64,000 bases of DNA from a virus: the IMG/VR virus record IMGVR_UViG_3300035701_000003; one strand, written 5' to 3'. A program made the position numbers and the translations under genes. Shown piece after piece: positions 9,654 to 18,904 of this stretch. The notes beneath the pieces were generated by a model. That model was not told where the DNA came from, made no database searches, and saw only the letters and a list, made by a program, of their open reading frames with translations. Each line of letters starts with the position of its first letter. Position 1 is the stretch's first letter.

Positions 9654-10619
9654 ATGGATTTATTATTAAAATATTTTAATATTGTTATAACGAAGAATTT
9701 TTTGGTAAAACTTAAGTTTAAGAATGAATTTAAAGTTAAACATATGAAAAATATTAGGAAAATTATTCCGAAAGTAAATGGGCCTTCATTGGAATATTAT
9801 CAATATCATTTGGGGGGAGACACCGGAAGACAGATTTTTAATGAAAGAAAGAAATATTTCGGGTATCAAAAATTAGCAGAACTTGTAATAGCGAATAAAC
9901 TTTATGATAATGACGTACAATTAGCTGGAATACAAAAGAAAGTTTTACAAAATAATCAAAATATTAAAAAAGGTGTTATAGAATCTCAGCCTAAAACTTG
10001 GCATAATCCAGATTATGTATCCTCTTTGTTGAAAAAAAGAGCAATATCTATGAGTAAATTAGATTTTTCCTTAAATAAAAGTAAAAAAGCAAAAGAGTAC
10101 TGGGCTAGCGATAGGGCTATAGCCCACCGAGAAAAGATTTCAAAAAATCACAAAGAGGGTAAAAGTTTCTCTTTAGTCAAATGGCAAATAGAAAATGGAG
10201 TAAAACATAGTTCTTCTTTATTTCTAAGAAAAGGAAAAAATTTAAATTATTTAGAATATTTGTTTAGTTTGATGTTAGATGACTTTAGTATATTTTATGA
10301 AATAGAACAAAATATTAAAATTGATAATATTAATTATTTTCCAGATTTTTTTATACCGAGATTGCGTTTAATAATTGAATTATTTGGTGATGTTTGGCAT
10401 TGTAATCCTTCTTTAGTTAAAGTTTTTGAAAATAGTAAAGATATCTCTCCTTTTAAAAAAGATCCTAAAATAGTATGGCAAAAGGATAAAGAAAGACAAG
10501 ATACTTTTTTAAAAGCCGGTTATCGTTACTTGGTTTTTTGGGAAAACGAGTTTTCTTTTGGCCGATTAGAAAGAATTTATAAATTTTTAATAAAAATAGA
10601 AAAGGAATTACATGGATAA
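9654..10619 (+). CDS. Free-standing Vsr/DUF559-like PD-(D/E)xK endonuclease, probable homing endonuclease
   Basis: YEIEQNIKIDNINYFPDFFIPRLRLIIELFGDVWH...KDKERQDTFLKAGYRYLVFWENE; GGGAG RBS before ATG 9654. Confidence 0.8.
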   Translation: MDLLLKYFNIVITKNFLVKLKFKNEFKVKHMKNIRKIIPKVNGPSLEYYQYHLGGDTGRQIFNERKKYFGYQKLAELVIANKLYDNDVQLAGIQKKVLQNNQNIKKGVIESQPKTWHNPDYVSSLLKKRAISMSKLDFSLNKSKKAKEYWASDRAIAHREKISKNHKEGKSFSLVKWQIENGVKHSSSLFLRKGKNLNYLEYLFSLMLDDFSIFYEIEQNIKIDNINYFPDFFIPRLRLIIELFGDVWHCNPSLVKVFENSKDISPFKKDPKIVWQKDKERQDTFLKAGYRYLVFWENEFSFGRLERIYKFLIKIEKELHG

Positions 10620-11010
10620 GAAGTATATAAAAGTTAAAATTACTTTAGGAACTTTATTTAAAAAATTAGGCGTGAAAGATTTTAAAACTCCTTCTGTTTT
10701 ACCAGTTGATACTTTAGGAATTAGAATAAAATCTTTTGATACTGCATTATCTCAGGATGTTTTTTCTTTAATAAAAGATTTAGTAGTAAAAGCTCCAGTA
10801 CCTTATCATTTTATTCTAAAGTCTCTGAATGGACAAGAATTAAAAACATCTAGTCATCATAAGTCTTATAAAGATAAAGAATGGGTTGAATCATTTAAAA
10901 GATTTGAGTTAGAAGAAGATCATCTTAAAGTCGAAAAACCTTTAGATATTGTAGATTTGACAGTGAAAAATACTGAATGTTATTATGCTAATGGTCAATT
11001 AAACCACAAT
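10612..11010 (+). mobile_element. C-terminal half of a split intein (IntC, 133 aa)
   Basis: Ends His-Asn at 11005-11010; the +1 nucleophile is Thr at 11011. Confidence 0.85.
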
Positions 11011-11421
11011 ACTACACCTGGCGGTAATGCTCTTAAATTTTATGCTTCTATGAGAATTGATATAAGGAAGAAAACGGCTATTAAACAAGGAGATCGTACT
11101 GTTGGTAATATAACTAAGGTAAAAATTGTAAAAAGTAAAGTATCTCCTCCTTTTAGAGAAACTGAGGTTAGTATTATTAGTCCTTATGGAATAGATATAA
11201 TAGGGGATATATTAGACAAGGCGGTAGATTTTAAAGTTATAAAGCAAGGCGGGGCCTGGTTTACTTACAAAGAAGATAGATGGCAAGGTAGGGATTCCGT
11301 AACGGACACTTTAAAGAAGGATCCTATATTTTTAGATCAGGTAAAATCCGAAGTATTAGTAGCCATGAAAGAAAATAAGGAAGTTGTTAAAGAAAAAGAA
11401 GTTTTACCACAATTAGTATAA
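10612..11421 (+). CDS. recA: 133-aa C-intein fused to the RecA C-terminal fragment
   Basis: AAGGA RBS; block B LKTSSHH; block F/G VDLTVKNTECYYANGQLNHN; then TTPGGNALKFYASMRIDIRK...KSKVSPPFRE...GAWFTY. Confidence 0.95.
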   Translation: MDKKYIKVKITLGTLFKKLGVKDFKTPSVLPVDTLGIRIKSFDTALSQDVFSLIKDLVVKAPVPYHFILKSLNGQELKTSSHHKSYKDKEWVESFKRFELEEDHLKVEKPLDIVDLTVKNTECYYANGQLNHNTTPGGNALKFYASMRIDIRKKTAIKQGDRTVGNITKVKIVKSKVSPPFRETEVSIISPYGIDIIGDILDKAVDFKVIKQGGAWFTYKEDRWQGRDSVTDTLKKDPIFLDQVKSEVLVAMKENKEVVKEKEVLPQLV

Positions 11422-11422
11422 C

Positions 11423-11986
11423 ATGAAAATACTTTATAATCCAAATTTACAAGAAGTTTACGAAGGCTATACACAAGCTGTAGAAGACTTATCTTATAAC
11501 ATTTATACTCATTACTTTGTTTTCGAAGATGTAGTTAAGGAAATAGAAGATATGAGGGTTAAGTTACTAAGAGCTCCCGAAGACGATATGGCTAGTTTTA
11601 ATACTCTTTACGCAGAAGCCCAAAGTTATCATAGTAGAGCCTGTGGAGTATTGATATCCTTTATAGACGAAAGAAGATTTTGGAGAAGATTAGAAATTAT
11701 AGGCGATAAACTCTATGCAAGGTCCCGGAACTTTTTATTAGGTACTCCTGAAATACAGGACCTTCGCAACCAAGCTCTACAGAACGCTAAAGTGGACTCT
11801 AAACTTCAATTACTTTTATCTTTGATTAGTGTTATAACGGGGGCTTTATCTGATATGAAAGATTTAATAGAAATTGTACAAGTGAAAATTGATGAATTAA
11901 ATAATATAATAACTAATATGAGCCGTCAACAGAGAGTAACAGAATCTCTTATAGGTTTAGGTTATCCCGTTAGAGGCCGTAAATAG
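11423..11986 (+). CDS. Helical/coiled-coil hypothetical protein (possible recombination mediator)
   Basis: 187-aa helical ORF right after recA; function inferred only from position. Confidence 0.4.
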   Translation: MKILYNPNLQEVYEGYTQAVEDLSYNIYTHYFVFEDVVKEIEDMRVKLLRAPEDDMASFNTLYAEAQSYHSRACGVLISFIDERRFWRRLEIIGDKLYARSRNFLLGTPEIQDLRNQALQNAKVDSKLQLLLSLISVITGALSDMKDLIEIVQVKIDELNNIITNMSRQQRVTESLIGLGYPVRGRK

Positions 11987-11998
11987 AAAGATGCTAAA

Positions 11999-12826
11999 AT
12001 GAATAAATTAAACAAAATAAAACTACCAACCATGGAATCCGAAATTAAAAGTTTTATATTAAAAAAACTTCAAAAGTATTCTTCCATACCATCCCTTTCT
12101 GGCGAAGAATTTACTTTTCTCTCGGTGCTACTTCAAGATTTCGATGAAGAACATCCTGGTAATTGGAGAAAAGTTTATTATAATAATTCTCCTTTCTACT
12201 TCTATAGAAGTTGTCTTGATAATCGTCCTTCCCTTCCTTATTTCTTAATAACGCATAGTGATAGAGTTTCCGGGTTTTGGAGAAATTATACCGCTTATAT
12301 TGATACTATAAAAGACAATGGGGATTTACTAACAGGGCAATTAGACAATATAGTTGGTATAGCAATTGCTAGATATTTAACTTTTATAGGTATTCCTATT
12401 GATATTCTATTTACTACTAAAGAAGAATTAGTTAAATCTACTTATCAGGTTGTAGAAGTATGTAAGTTAGAAGGGAAAACTCCTATTACAATTGATATTG
12501 ATGTTTTTGATGAAATATCCGAATTTAAGAACGGTTTGATTTCTTTACGTTTTAAAGATAATGCTGGCGATATGTTACCTTCTTTAGTTACTGAACTACA
12601 AAGCGCAGCGATGACTATTAAAGTTCCTTATACCGAGAAGTTAGGTTACGCTGTAGTTGAAACTGGCTTTTTAGCTTCTGCTACTAATAATGAGTATCGG
12701 GGAGCTCATATTGGTTTACCTCTTATTAATTACCATAGTGATCAAGAAACCGCCTCTTGGAAGAGCGTGTTTAATATTATCCAATTGTTGAAGACATTTT
12801 TTGAAAAACAAATTAAAGGAGTATGA
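11999..12826 (+). CDS. M28/M42-like zinc aminopeptidase-fold protein
   Basis: ITHSDRV, GQLDNIVG, FTTKEE, IDID and C-terminal YHSDQE match the metal-ligand spacing. Confidence 0.65.
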   Translation: MNKLNKIKLPTMESEIKSFILKKLQKYSSIPSLSGEEFTFLSVLLQDFDEEHPGNWRKVYYNNSPFYFYRSCLDNRPSLPYFLITHSDRVSGFWRNYTAYIDTIKDNGDLLTGQLDNIVGIAIARYLTFIGIPIDILFTTKEELVKSTYQVVEVCKLEGKTPITIDIDVFDEISEFKNGLISLRFKDNAGDMLPSLVTELQSAAMTIKVPYTEKLGYAVVETGFLASATNNEYRGAHIGLPLINYHSDQETASWKSVFNIIQLLKTFFEKQIKGV

Positions 12827-12827
12827 T

Positions 12828-13442
12828 ATGCCTACTATTAAAATTAAAAAGTACGAAACGGTACCTGATTCGGTTTACAGAGTTCGTATAACCGGAGCAG
12901 AACTTCGGGAACGGAAAGATACCTCCGAGAAAACTTTTGGTTCCGATCAATTTATTATGTGGGACTTAGTTATAGTACCCGGTTACGGCCAGCCTTATGA
13001 AGGTACTACTCTTTCTCATATTACAGGGATAGAGTTTGGTAATAAATCGCAGGGTTACAAGTTCTTAAGAGCCGCTGGTATGCCCGAGCAAGAAAAAGTC
13101 ATAGATGTAGAGACGGAAGATTATACCAATCGAGAATTGATAGTTAGAACGGAAGTGCAAGAGGACTCTAAAAAGAATAAAGTTAATAAGTGCGTTGAAT
13201 TTTATTCTTTAGAGGAGTTTAAGACTATGCAATCACGAAGTTTGACGGACACTCCTATTAAAAATACTGTTCCTAAAATTGAGATTCCTCCCGCGCAACA
13301 ATCTAATTTAACAACTCCTGGTAAAACTAATTTAGTGCAACCTGATCTTACCGCAAATGGTAAACCCGGAGCTGGCGGGAAATCCCAAATAGTTATACCT
13401 CCTACCACGGGCGTTGACATTGATTTTCCAAAGGATGAATAG
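12828..13442 (+). CDS. Probable ssDNA-binding protein (DUF669-like OB fold) with low-complexity tail and acidic tip
   Basis: VPDSVYRVRITGAE...MWDLVIV...KFLRAAG...ELIVRTEV; ends IDFPKDE. Confidence 0.5.
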   Translation: MPTIKIKKYETVPDSVYRVRITGAELRERKDTSEKTFGSDQFIMWDLVIVPGYGQPYEGTTLSHITGIEFGNKSQGYKFLRAAGMPEQEKVIDVETEDYTNRELIVRTEVQEDSKKNKVNKCVEFYSLEEFKTMQSRSLTDTPIKNTVPKIEIPPAQQSNLTTPGKTNLVQPDLTANGKPGAGGKSQIVIPPTTGVDIDFPKDE

Positions 13443-13444
13443 GT

Positions 13445-13639
13445 ATGTTAAAGAAAACATCTGAAGTAAAGATAGACACCGGGGAAGCCACTAAAAAAGC
13501 TTCTTCTACTGCTTTGGGAATTCTTTGCCCCTATTGTAAACATTTAACCTCTATAAAGGTAGAAGATTTGGGAAATTCTCATACTTGTTTAACTTGCAAT
13601 AAAACTTTTATTCCCTCGAAGGTTATAGATGAAAAATAG
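13445..13639 (+). CDS. Zn-ribbon protein
   Basis: CPYC...CLTC. Confidence 0.6.
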   Translation: MLKKTSEVKIDTGEATKKASSTALGILCPYCKHLTSIKVEDLGNSHTCLTCNKTFIPSKVIDEK

Positions 13640-14198
13640 AGGTAAAAGTAAAGGAAGTGAATTCGAAAGAATGGTAGCTAAACTTTTAGACGTGTGGTGG
13701 GAAGTTCCTAAAGGGACTTTCTGGCGGTCTAAGATAAGCGGTGGGGCTGATGAACCTGGCGATATCACTCCGCGGTTTTCTACTGAATTAAAAGAGTGGC
13801 CTTTTGTAATAGAATGCAAACATTACAAGGAAGTAAAACTTATTCAATTATTAAGTTCTAGTTCCTTAAAGGATGGAGGTCAGATACTTCAATGGTGGCA
13901 ACAACTTTCTAAAGATCATCAAAAAGCTTTAACGAAAAAACCGAATACTTTACTATATCGTTTGTTATTTATGAAAGGTACTAATACTCCTTTATTGGTA
14001 GGCTTTCGCCCAATGGATTTTAATACATCCCCAAAAATAGACCTTAAGTTTATCGATATTTTTAGTAGAATACCCGATATATTAATATTTTCTAGGTGTT
14101 CATATTCCACCTCTCTTGCAATCTGTACTTGGGAAAATTTTTCGAATACTATAACTAAATCTATAATTTTAAATATGAAAAGCAAAAATGAAAACTAA
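13629..14198 (+). CDS. Holliday junction resolvase (Hjc/PD-(D/E)xK type)
   Basis: KSKGSEFERMVAKLL...SGG...PGDI...FVIECKHY. Confidence 0.8.
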   Translation: MKNRGKSKGSEFERMVAKLLDVWWEVPKGTFWRSKISGGADEPGDITPRFSTELKEWPFVIECKHYKEVKLIQLLSSSSLKDGGQILQWWQQLSKDHQKALTKKPNTLLYRLLFMKGTNTPLLVGFRPMDFNTSPKIDLKFIDIFSRIPDILIFSRCSYSTSLAICTWENFSNTITKSIILNMKSKNEN

Positions 14199-14826
14199 AT
14201 ATCCTCCTTGTTTTGTATTTGATATTGAAACTCTTCCTAACGACTTAGACCCCGTTCACGAGGCTTTATTAAAACATAAGTTACGTAATGTATCAGAAGA
14301 CAAATTAGCAATAGAGACATTAAAAGCCAGGTTTATATATCCCGTTTATTCTAGAGTTTGCAGTATTTCTACTTTATATGATCCCGGTTCTGGAGAAGGT
14401 AGCGAGTGGGTATTTTTCGATAGAACTAACGAGGAGAAACTTATAAGAGATTTTATAGATTATTTAAGTCAATGGAATGATAGATACGTACATTATAATG
14501 GATTAGACTTCGATGTACCTTATCTTCTTTTCAAATGTGCAAAATATGGTATAACTCCCCCTACTAATTTTTGTAATTTGATTAGATTCCGAACACATCC
14601 TCATTATGACTTGATGCAAGTTTTATCAGCCTGGGGAAAGTTTCCGATTAGTTTAGCGGAAGCCTTGGTAAGTTTTGGAATTACTAATTCTAAAGATACA
14701 TTAGGTGGTTTAGATACTTTAACATTTTTACAAACAGCTTCTGATGATGCTATTAGAAAGTATAATTTAGCTGATACTCAAAGTACTTACGAACTATTTA
14801 AGAAAGTTTATCTTATATATCAATAA
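14188..14826 (+). CDS. Stand-alone 3'-5' exonuclease (DEDD, PolB-exo-like)
   Basis: ExoI FDIET, ExoII YNGLDFDVPYL, HYDLM, ExoIII YNLAD. Confidence 0.85.
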   Translation: MKTKYPPCFVFDIETLPNDLDPVHEALLKHKLRNVSEDKLAIETLKARFIYPVYSRVCSISTLYDPGSGEGSEWVFFDRTNEEKLIRDFIDYLSQWNDRYVHYNGLDFDVPYLLFKCAKYGITPPTNFCNLIRFRTHPHYDLMQVLSAWGKFPISLAEALVSFGITNSKDTLGGLDTLTFLQTASDDAIRKYNLADTQSTYELFKKVYLIYQ

Positions 14827-14848
14827 CTTGTTTAACTGAAAGGTTTTT

Positions 14849-15394
14849 ATGTACCTACTAATTTTATTTTTTATATTAATTATTACGCTTATAATGTTGC
14901 GTGATAATATTATTCCTCCTATTGTTACTTATAAAATAGTAGAGGATGTAGCAGACCTTGCTAAAAAACCTACTAGACATCACTTAGCCGCCTGCTTCGA
15001 TTTATATTCCGTAGAAGAAATTACTATTCCTTCAGGGCAGTGGCGCGAAGTGAGAACCGGTATAATTTTTGCTCCTTGGCCTCATATTTATATACCTTTT
15101 TTAAATTGGTCATTTAATCCTTTGGGAAATATAGCTTACAAGATACATACTAGATCTGGATTGGCTTTGAAAAGAGGTATAAGAGCTCACTTAGGTATTA
15201 TAGACACTGACTATAGAAATGAATGTAATCCTATATTGTTTAACCACAATACTTCTTATCCTGTAAGAATAAGAAAGGGAGAGAAAATAGCTCAAGTAGA
15301 ATTCTATAGAGTGACGACTCCTATCTTTTGGAAAAAGGATAAGCTAAGTAATTCAGCGCGGGGTGATAAGGGGTTTGGAAGTTCAGGAAAATGA
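14849..15394 (+). CDS. dut: Trimeric dUTPase
   Basis: ACFDL, IHTRSGLA, GIIDTDYR, IAQ, RGDKGFGSSG motifs; hydrophobic N-terminal extension. Confidence 0.93.
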   Translation: MYLLILFFILIITLIMLRDNIIPPIVTYKIVEDVADLAKKPTRHHLAACFDLYSVEEITIPSGQWREVRTGIIFAPWPHIYIPFLNWSFNPLGNIAYKIHTRSGLALKRGIRAHLGIIDTDYRNECNPILFNHNTSYPVRIRKGEKIAQVEFYRVTTPIFWKKDKLSNSARGDKGFGSSGK

Positions 15395-15639
15395 AATTTA
15401 CTAAAGCTTTTTTAGCAATTGGTGTTTTTATACTTATAGGTTTAGTAGAACAATATGAAAAACTTAATCAGTGGTGGAATTATTATATACTAATAACGAC
15501 AGAAGAAGGACCTAATTACGTTAAACGTAAATATATAATTCTATGGGCGTTATCTATAGTTTTTTTTATAGTATTATTAATTTCAATAGTAATTTTTAAT
15601 TGCTTAGCTTTAGTTACTATGTTTTTAAGAATTTCGTAA
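15391..15639 (+). CDS. Small membrane protein
   Basis: Two hydrophobic segments. Confidence 0.55.
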   Translation: MKFTKAFLAIGVFILIGLVEQYEKLNQWWNYYILITTEEGPNYVKRKYIILWALSIVFFIVLLISIVIFNCLALVTMFLRIS

Positions 15640-15680
15640 CAACCTAGTTTATATTATTAATTTTAAAATAGGAGAAATAA

Positions 15681-16724
15681 ATGAAAGATTTCTTATTTGC
15701 TAATAAAATAACTCCTTTACATACTAATAATCCCAGCGAGGCTTTAGGGTTTGCGGAAACTTTAAAGGTCACACCCCACACTATTCATGTAAAGGATTTA
15801 AAAGTAAATGAAAATGGTACTGTGCAATATAATGGGGAACCTCAAAAAATTACTAAATATGGATTTTTGAAGTTTTGTAAAGTATTAGGTATACCTACCT
15901 CCTTCGCCAGAGATATTCCCCCCGATTTACTTTTAGATAATATTGAAAGATTATCATCCCTCATGGAAAAAGATGAAATGATTTTACTACGAAGAGACAA
16001 TTATGATATAGCTGGTATTGGCAGAGGGGATTATAAAGAACCTTCTTATGTAGATGTTTTAAGTACTTTTTCCGAAAGAAGTAACTTAAAGTATGTTAAT
16101 ATTGGAGAAGAGTTACTTACAATATGTTTAGAAGAAGGACAAGTACTTCATAAGACAGACGAAGATATTCTTGATGTAAGTACTTATATTTATAGTTCTA
16201 TATTACAAGAATGCAAGATACATGCCTACTCAGGTTTATATAGGAATTCTTGTGAGAACTCTTTTGTAATGCCTTACTTTGGTTCCGTAAAAGCTAACTA
16301 TAGACACAAGGATACTATGCTTAGTAAGTTTTCCGATATAATAACTTGTTTTGACGAACAAATTTATAAACGACTTAATACTACTTTTGATACCTTTAAC
16401 ATAAGAAGATTATTTGATACTGAACTAGCTGCTATTTGGAAAGGTATTCATAAGGTGGTTAATTCTTCTGAGGCTGATAGTCTTTTATTATTTAATGAAG
16501 AAAGTAGAAAGGCTTTACTTAGTACTGTATTTGTAAGAGGTATGGAGAACAGAAGAGCTAGGTTAGAAGGAAGACCCATTGATGAAAAGGTGTTAACCGA
16601 GGTTTCCGCTTATGATATTCTAAACAATGTTACTTCTTATTCTCGAAAGAATCTCTTTGGAGCTGATAAATTAAAAATAGAAAAATTAGCAGGTTCATGG
16701 ATAGAGAAGATAATACTGAATTAA
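15681..16724 (+). CDS. Second DUF932-like protein
   Basis: FLKFCKVLGIPTSFAR...YSGLYRNSCENS resembles DUF932-type proteins; GGAG RBS. Confidence 0.5.
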   Translation: MKDFLFANKITPLHTNNPSEALGFAETLKVTPHTIHVKDLKVNENGTVQYNGEPQKITKYGFLKFCKVLGIPTSFARDIPPDLLLDNIERLSSLMEKDEMILLRRDNYDIAGIGRGDYKEPSYVDVLSTFSERSNLKYVNIGEELLTICLEEGQVLHKTDEDILDVSTYIYSSILQECKIHAYSGLYRNSCENSFVMPYFGSVKANYRHKDTMLSKFSDIITCFDEQIYKRLNTTFDTFNIRRLFDTELAAIWKGIHKVVNSSEADSLLLFNEESRKALLSTVFVRGMENRRARLEGRPIDEKVLTEVSAYDILNNVTSYSRKNLFGADKLKIEKLAGSWIEKIILN

Positions 16725-16737
16725 TGGAAGTGATATT

Positions 16738-17037
16738 ATGATTAATGAAGAACAATTGCAAGATAACATAGAGAGTCTAAAAGATGCTACATTAGTAATA
16801 GCTTTTAATACAAAAAATCAAAAGACAGATTGGTGGCTAACTTATGATGATCCCAAGAAGGTTCAAGATATAATAGTTAAATCAGGAGAAATACCTTCTA
16901 GTAAATATGAAGGAGTACTGTCTTTACCAGGCACATTATTAGTAGGCATAATGAATACTTGTTTTAAAGATAATTTAAAAGATATTAAGATTGAAACACC
17001 AATTTTAGAAAAGTTTTTAGGTATTGGAAGAAACTAA
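16738..17037 (+). CDS. Hypothetical protein
   Basis: 99-aa ORF in operon. Confidence 0.55.
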   Translation: MINEEQLQDNIESLKDATLVIAFNTKNQKTDWWLTYDDPKKVQDIIVKSGEIPSSKYEGVLSLPGTLLVGIMNTCFKDNLKDIKIETPILEKFLGIGRN

Positions 17038-17048
17038 GCGATAAGAGC

Positions 17049-17438
17049 ATGGATAGAGAAAATAATACTGAACTAAAAGAAAAATTGAATAGTACTATTA
17101 AGAATATTCTTGATGATATTACTTGGTGGGAACGAATAACCTTTCGTATAAGGTTTGGATTTGTTGAATTACTTTGGCGTTACTTACCTATGTGGAAGAT
17201 ATATAGTAAATGGTATATGTTTTTAATACGTTTATATGGATTTAAACCCTTGAGATGTGTGGATTACATGGGTGAGTATACTTTTATATTTAAGACACAA
17301 GAGGAAGCTGATCGTACATTTTATAGATTAGAAAATAGAGGAGAAAATAAAAGAATTTTGGTAACGGGTTGGTGGTACGGAGAAAAGGAATTTGAAGAAG
17401 CAAAAAAGGAATGTGATATAAAAATAGGATGGCTATGA
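17049..17438 (+). CDS. Hypothetical protein
   Basis: 129-aa ORF in operon. Confidence 0.55.
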   Translation: MDRENNTELKEKLNSTIKNILDDITWWERITFRIRFGFVELLWRYLPMWKIYSKWYMFLIRLYGFKPLRCVDYMGEYTFIFKTQEEADRTFYRLENRGENKRILVTGWWYGEKEFEEAKKECDIKIGWL

Positions 17439-17650
17439 TGTTTGAAATAATATTACCGGATGCTATTGAAATTAAGTTTGCTGACTGGGTAAAACCAAAC
17501 ATGCTTAAACAAAGAAAAGAAAGTGAATATTTTTATGCTAAGATTATGAGAGTAGGAGCAGATTGTTCTAGTGGTATTATGATAGGTAATGGTAATAACT
17601 TCTTAGATTTATATTATTTCGCTGATGTTAAAATACTAAAGAAATCCTAA
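17429..17650 (+). CDS. Hypothetical protein
   Basis: 73-aa ORF coupled to the SbcC gene by TAATG. Confidence 0.5.
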   Translation: MAMMFEIILPDAIEIKFADWVKPNMLKQRKESEYFYAKIMRVGADCSSGIMIGNGNNFLDLYYFADVKILKKS

Positions 17651-18903
17651 TGCTTCAGAAACTAATTTTAAAAAACTTTCAAGCTCATAAACATTCTGAA
17701 ATTGAATTCTCTCCCGACGTTACATGTATTACCGGGCTTAACAATCACGGTAAAAGTTCTATTTTTAGAGCCCTTCAAAAATGTATAAGAGACATTCCTG
17801 AAGGTAATTCTTTTATAATGAATACTCCCTTTCAAGAAGATACTTGTACCATTACTGTAGTGTCTGATAAAGGGGAAGTTATACGACAGGTGAAAAGGAA
17901 TATTGCTTCCGATGCTAACTTTTATAAAGTAAGTAGAATTGATGGTACCGAAGAAGAATACGTTAAGTTTGGAAAAACAGGAATTCCAGAAGAAGTTACT
18001 AATAACTTTCCTACTTCACCTCCTCAAATGTTTGGCGACGTGGAAATCGATATGAATTTTCATAATCAATTGGATTCTTTATTTCTGATTCAAGGCGCTG
18101 GTCTTTCCTCTTTACGAGGTAAGGTATTAGGTAAGACTACTGGGGTGGATAAAGTACAAAGGGCCATTCAAATAAGTTCCTCCGAAGAGAAGAAAGAGAA
18201 GCAAATCTTAAAAATTCTAAAGCAACAGTCAGAAGATGTAGCGGTTAAATTACTTGAGTATAAAGATATTGATACCTTCTTAAAACTATTAGTTAGTTGC
18301 GAAAATCTTTTTCAGGAAACAGAGGAGAAAAGAATTTTAATTACTAATATAATAGGTTGTTACGAAATTCTTAAAAACATAGTAACTAAAGCTAAGCAAT
18401 TAAAAATTACTATTAAAGTAATAGATATTGATTCTTTAAAGGAATTTTTTCAAAAGATAACTCAGACTTATAATGTATATAATCTTGCCAACAGATTATT
18501 AACTACTAAAGAACAGATTACTTATTCTCATCAAGTATTAGAAATAACCAAAGTAGTTCCTACGGAAGACTATCAAGTCCTACAGAAGAAATTATCTCTC
18601 TTAAAGAAACTAAAAGATTTATATAGTATTCAAATTAGATATAATGATACTAAACTGAAAGTGGCTTATATTAATTCTCTTTTACCCTCTTTGGAAAGTA
18701 ATAATTATCATATTATTCAGAGTCTATCTAAGTATAATAGTTTATTTACTATACAGGATACTTTATTTTTACTAAAGAAGAGAATAATTGATAAACAGCA
18801 GATTATATCGAATAAAATAAACGAACTTAGTAGTACCGAACTAGAATTAACTAATTTTAAAAAAGAAATTAAAGTATGCCCGACATGTGGAAAGGCTTGG
18901 TAA
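17650..18903 (+). CDS. SbcC/Rad50/gp46-like ATPase, N-terminal half ending at the zinc hook
   Basis: LKNFQAH, Walker A GLNNHGKSS, Q-loop NFHNQLD, coiled coil, terminal CPTCG. Confidence 0.85.
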   Translation: MLQKLILKNFQAHKHSEIEFSPDVTCITGLNNHGKSSIFRALQKCIRDIPEGNSFIMNTPFQEDTCTITVVSDKGEVIRQVKRNIASDANFYKVSRIDGTEEEYVKFGKTGIPEEVTNNFPTSPPQMFGDVEIDMNFHNQLDSLFLIQGAGLSSLRGKVLGKTTGVDKVQRAIQISSSEEKKEKQILKILKQQSEDVAVKLLEYKDIDTFLKLLVSCENLFQETEEKRILITNIIGCYEILKNIVTKAKQLKITIKVIDIDSLKEFFQKITQTYNVYNLANRLLTTKEQITYSHQVLEITKVVPTEDYQVLQKKLSLLKKLKDLYSIQIRYNDTKLKVAYINSLLPSLESNNYHIIQSLSKYNSLFTIQDTLFLLKKRIIDKQQIISNKINELSSTELELTNFKKEIKVCPTCGKAW

Positions 18904-18904
18904 T

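Noticed and set aside
9596-10611. Group I intron interrupting a contiguous recA intein
   Set aside because: Only 58 non-coding nt flank the endonuclease ORF, which overlaps the IntC start; no intron core elements seen; the downstream half has its own RBS and ATG
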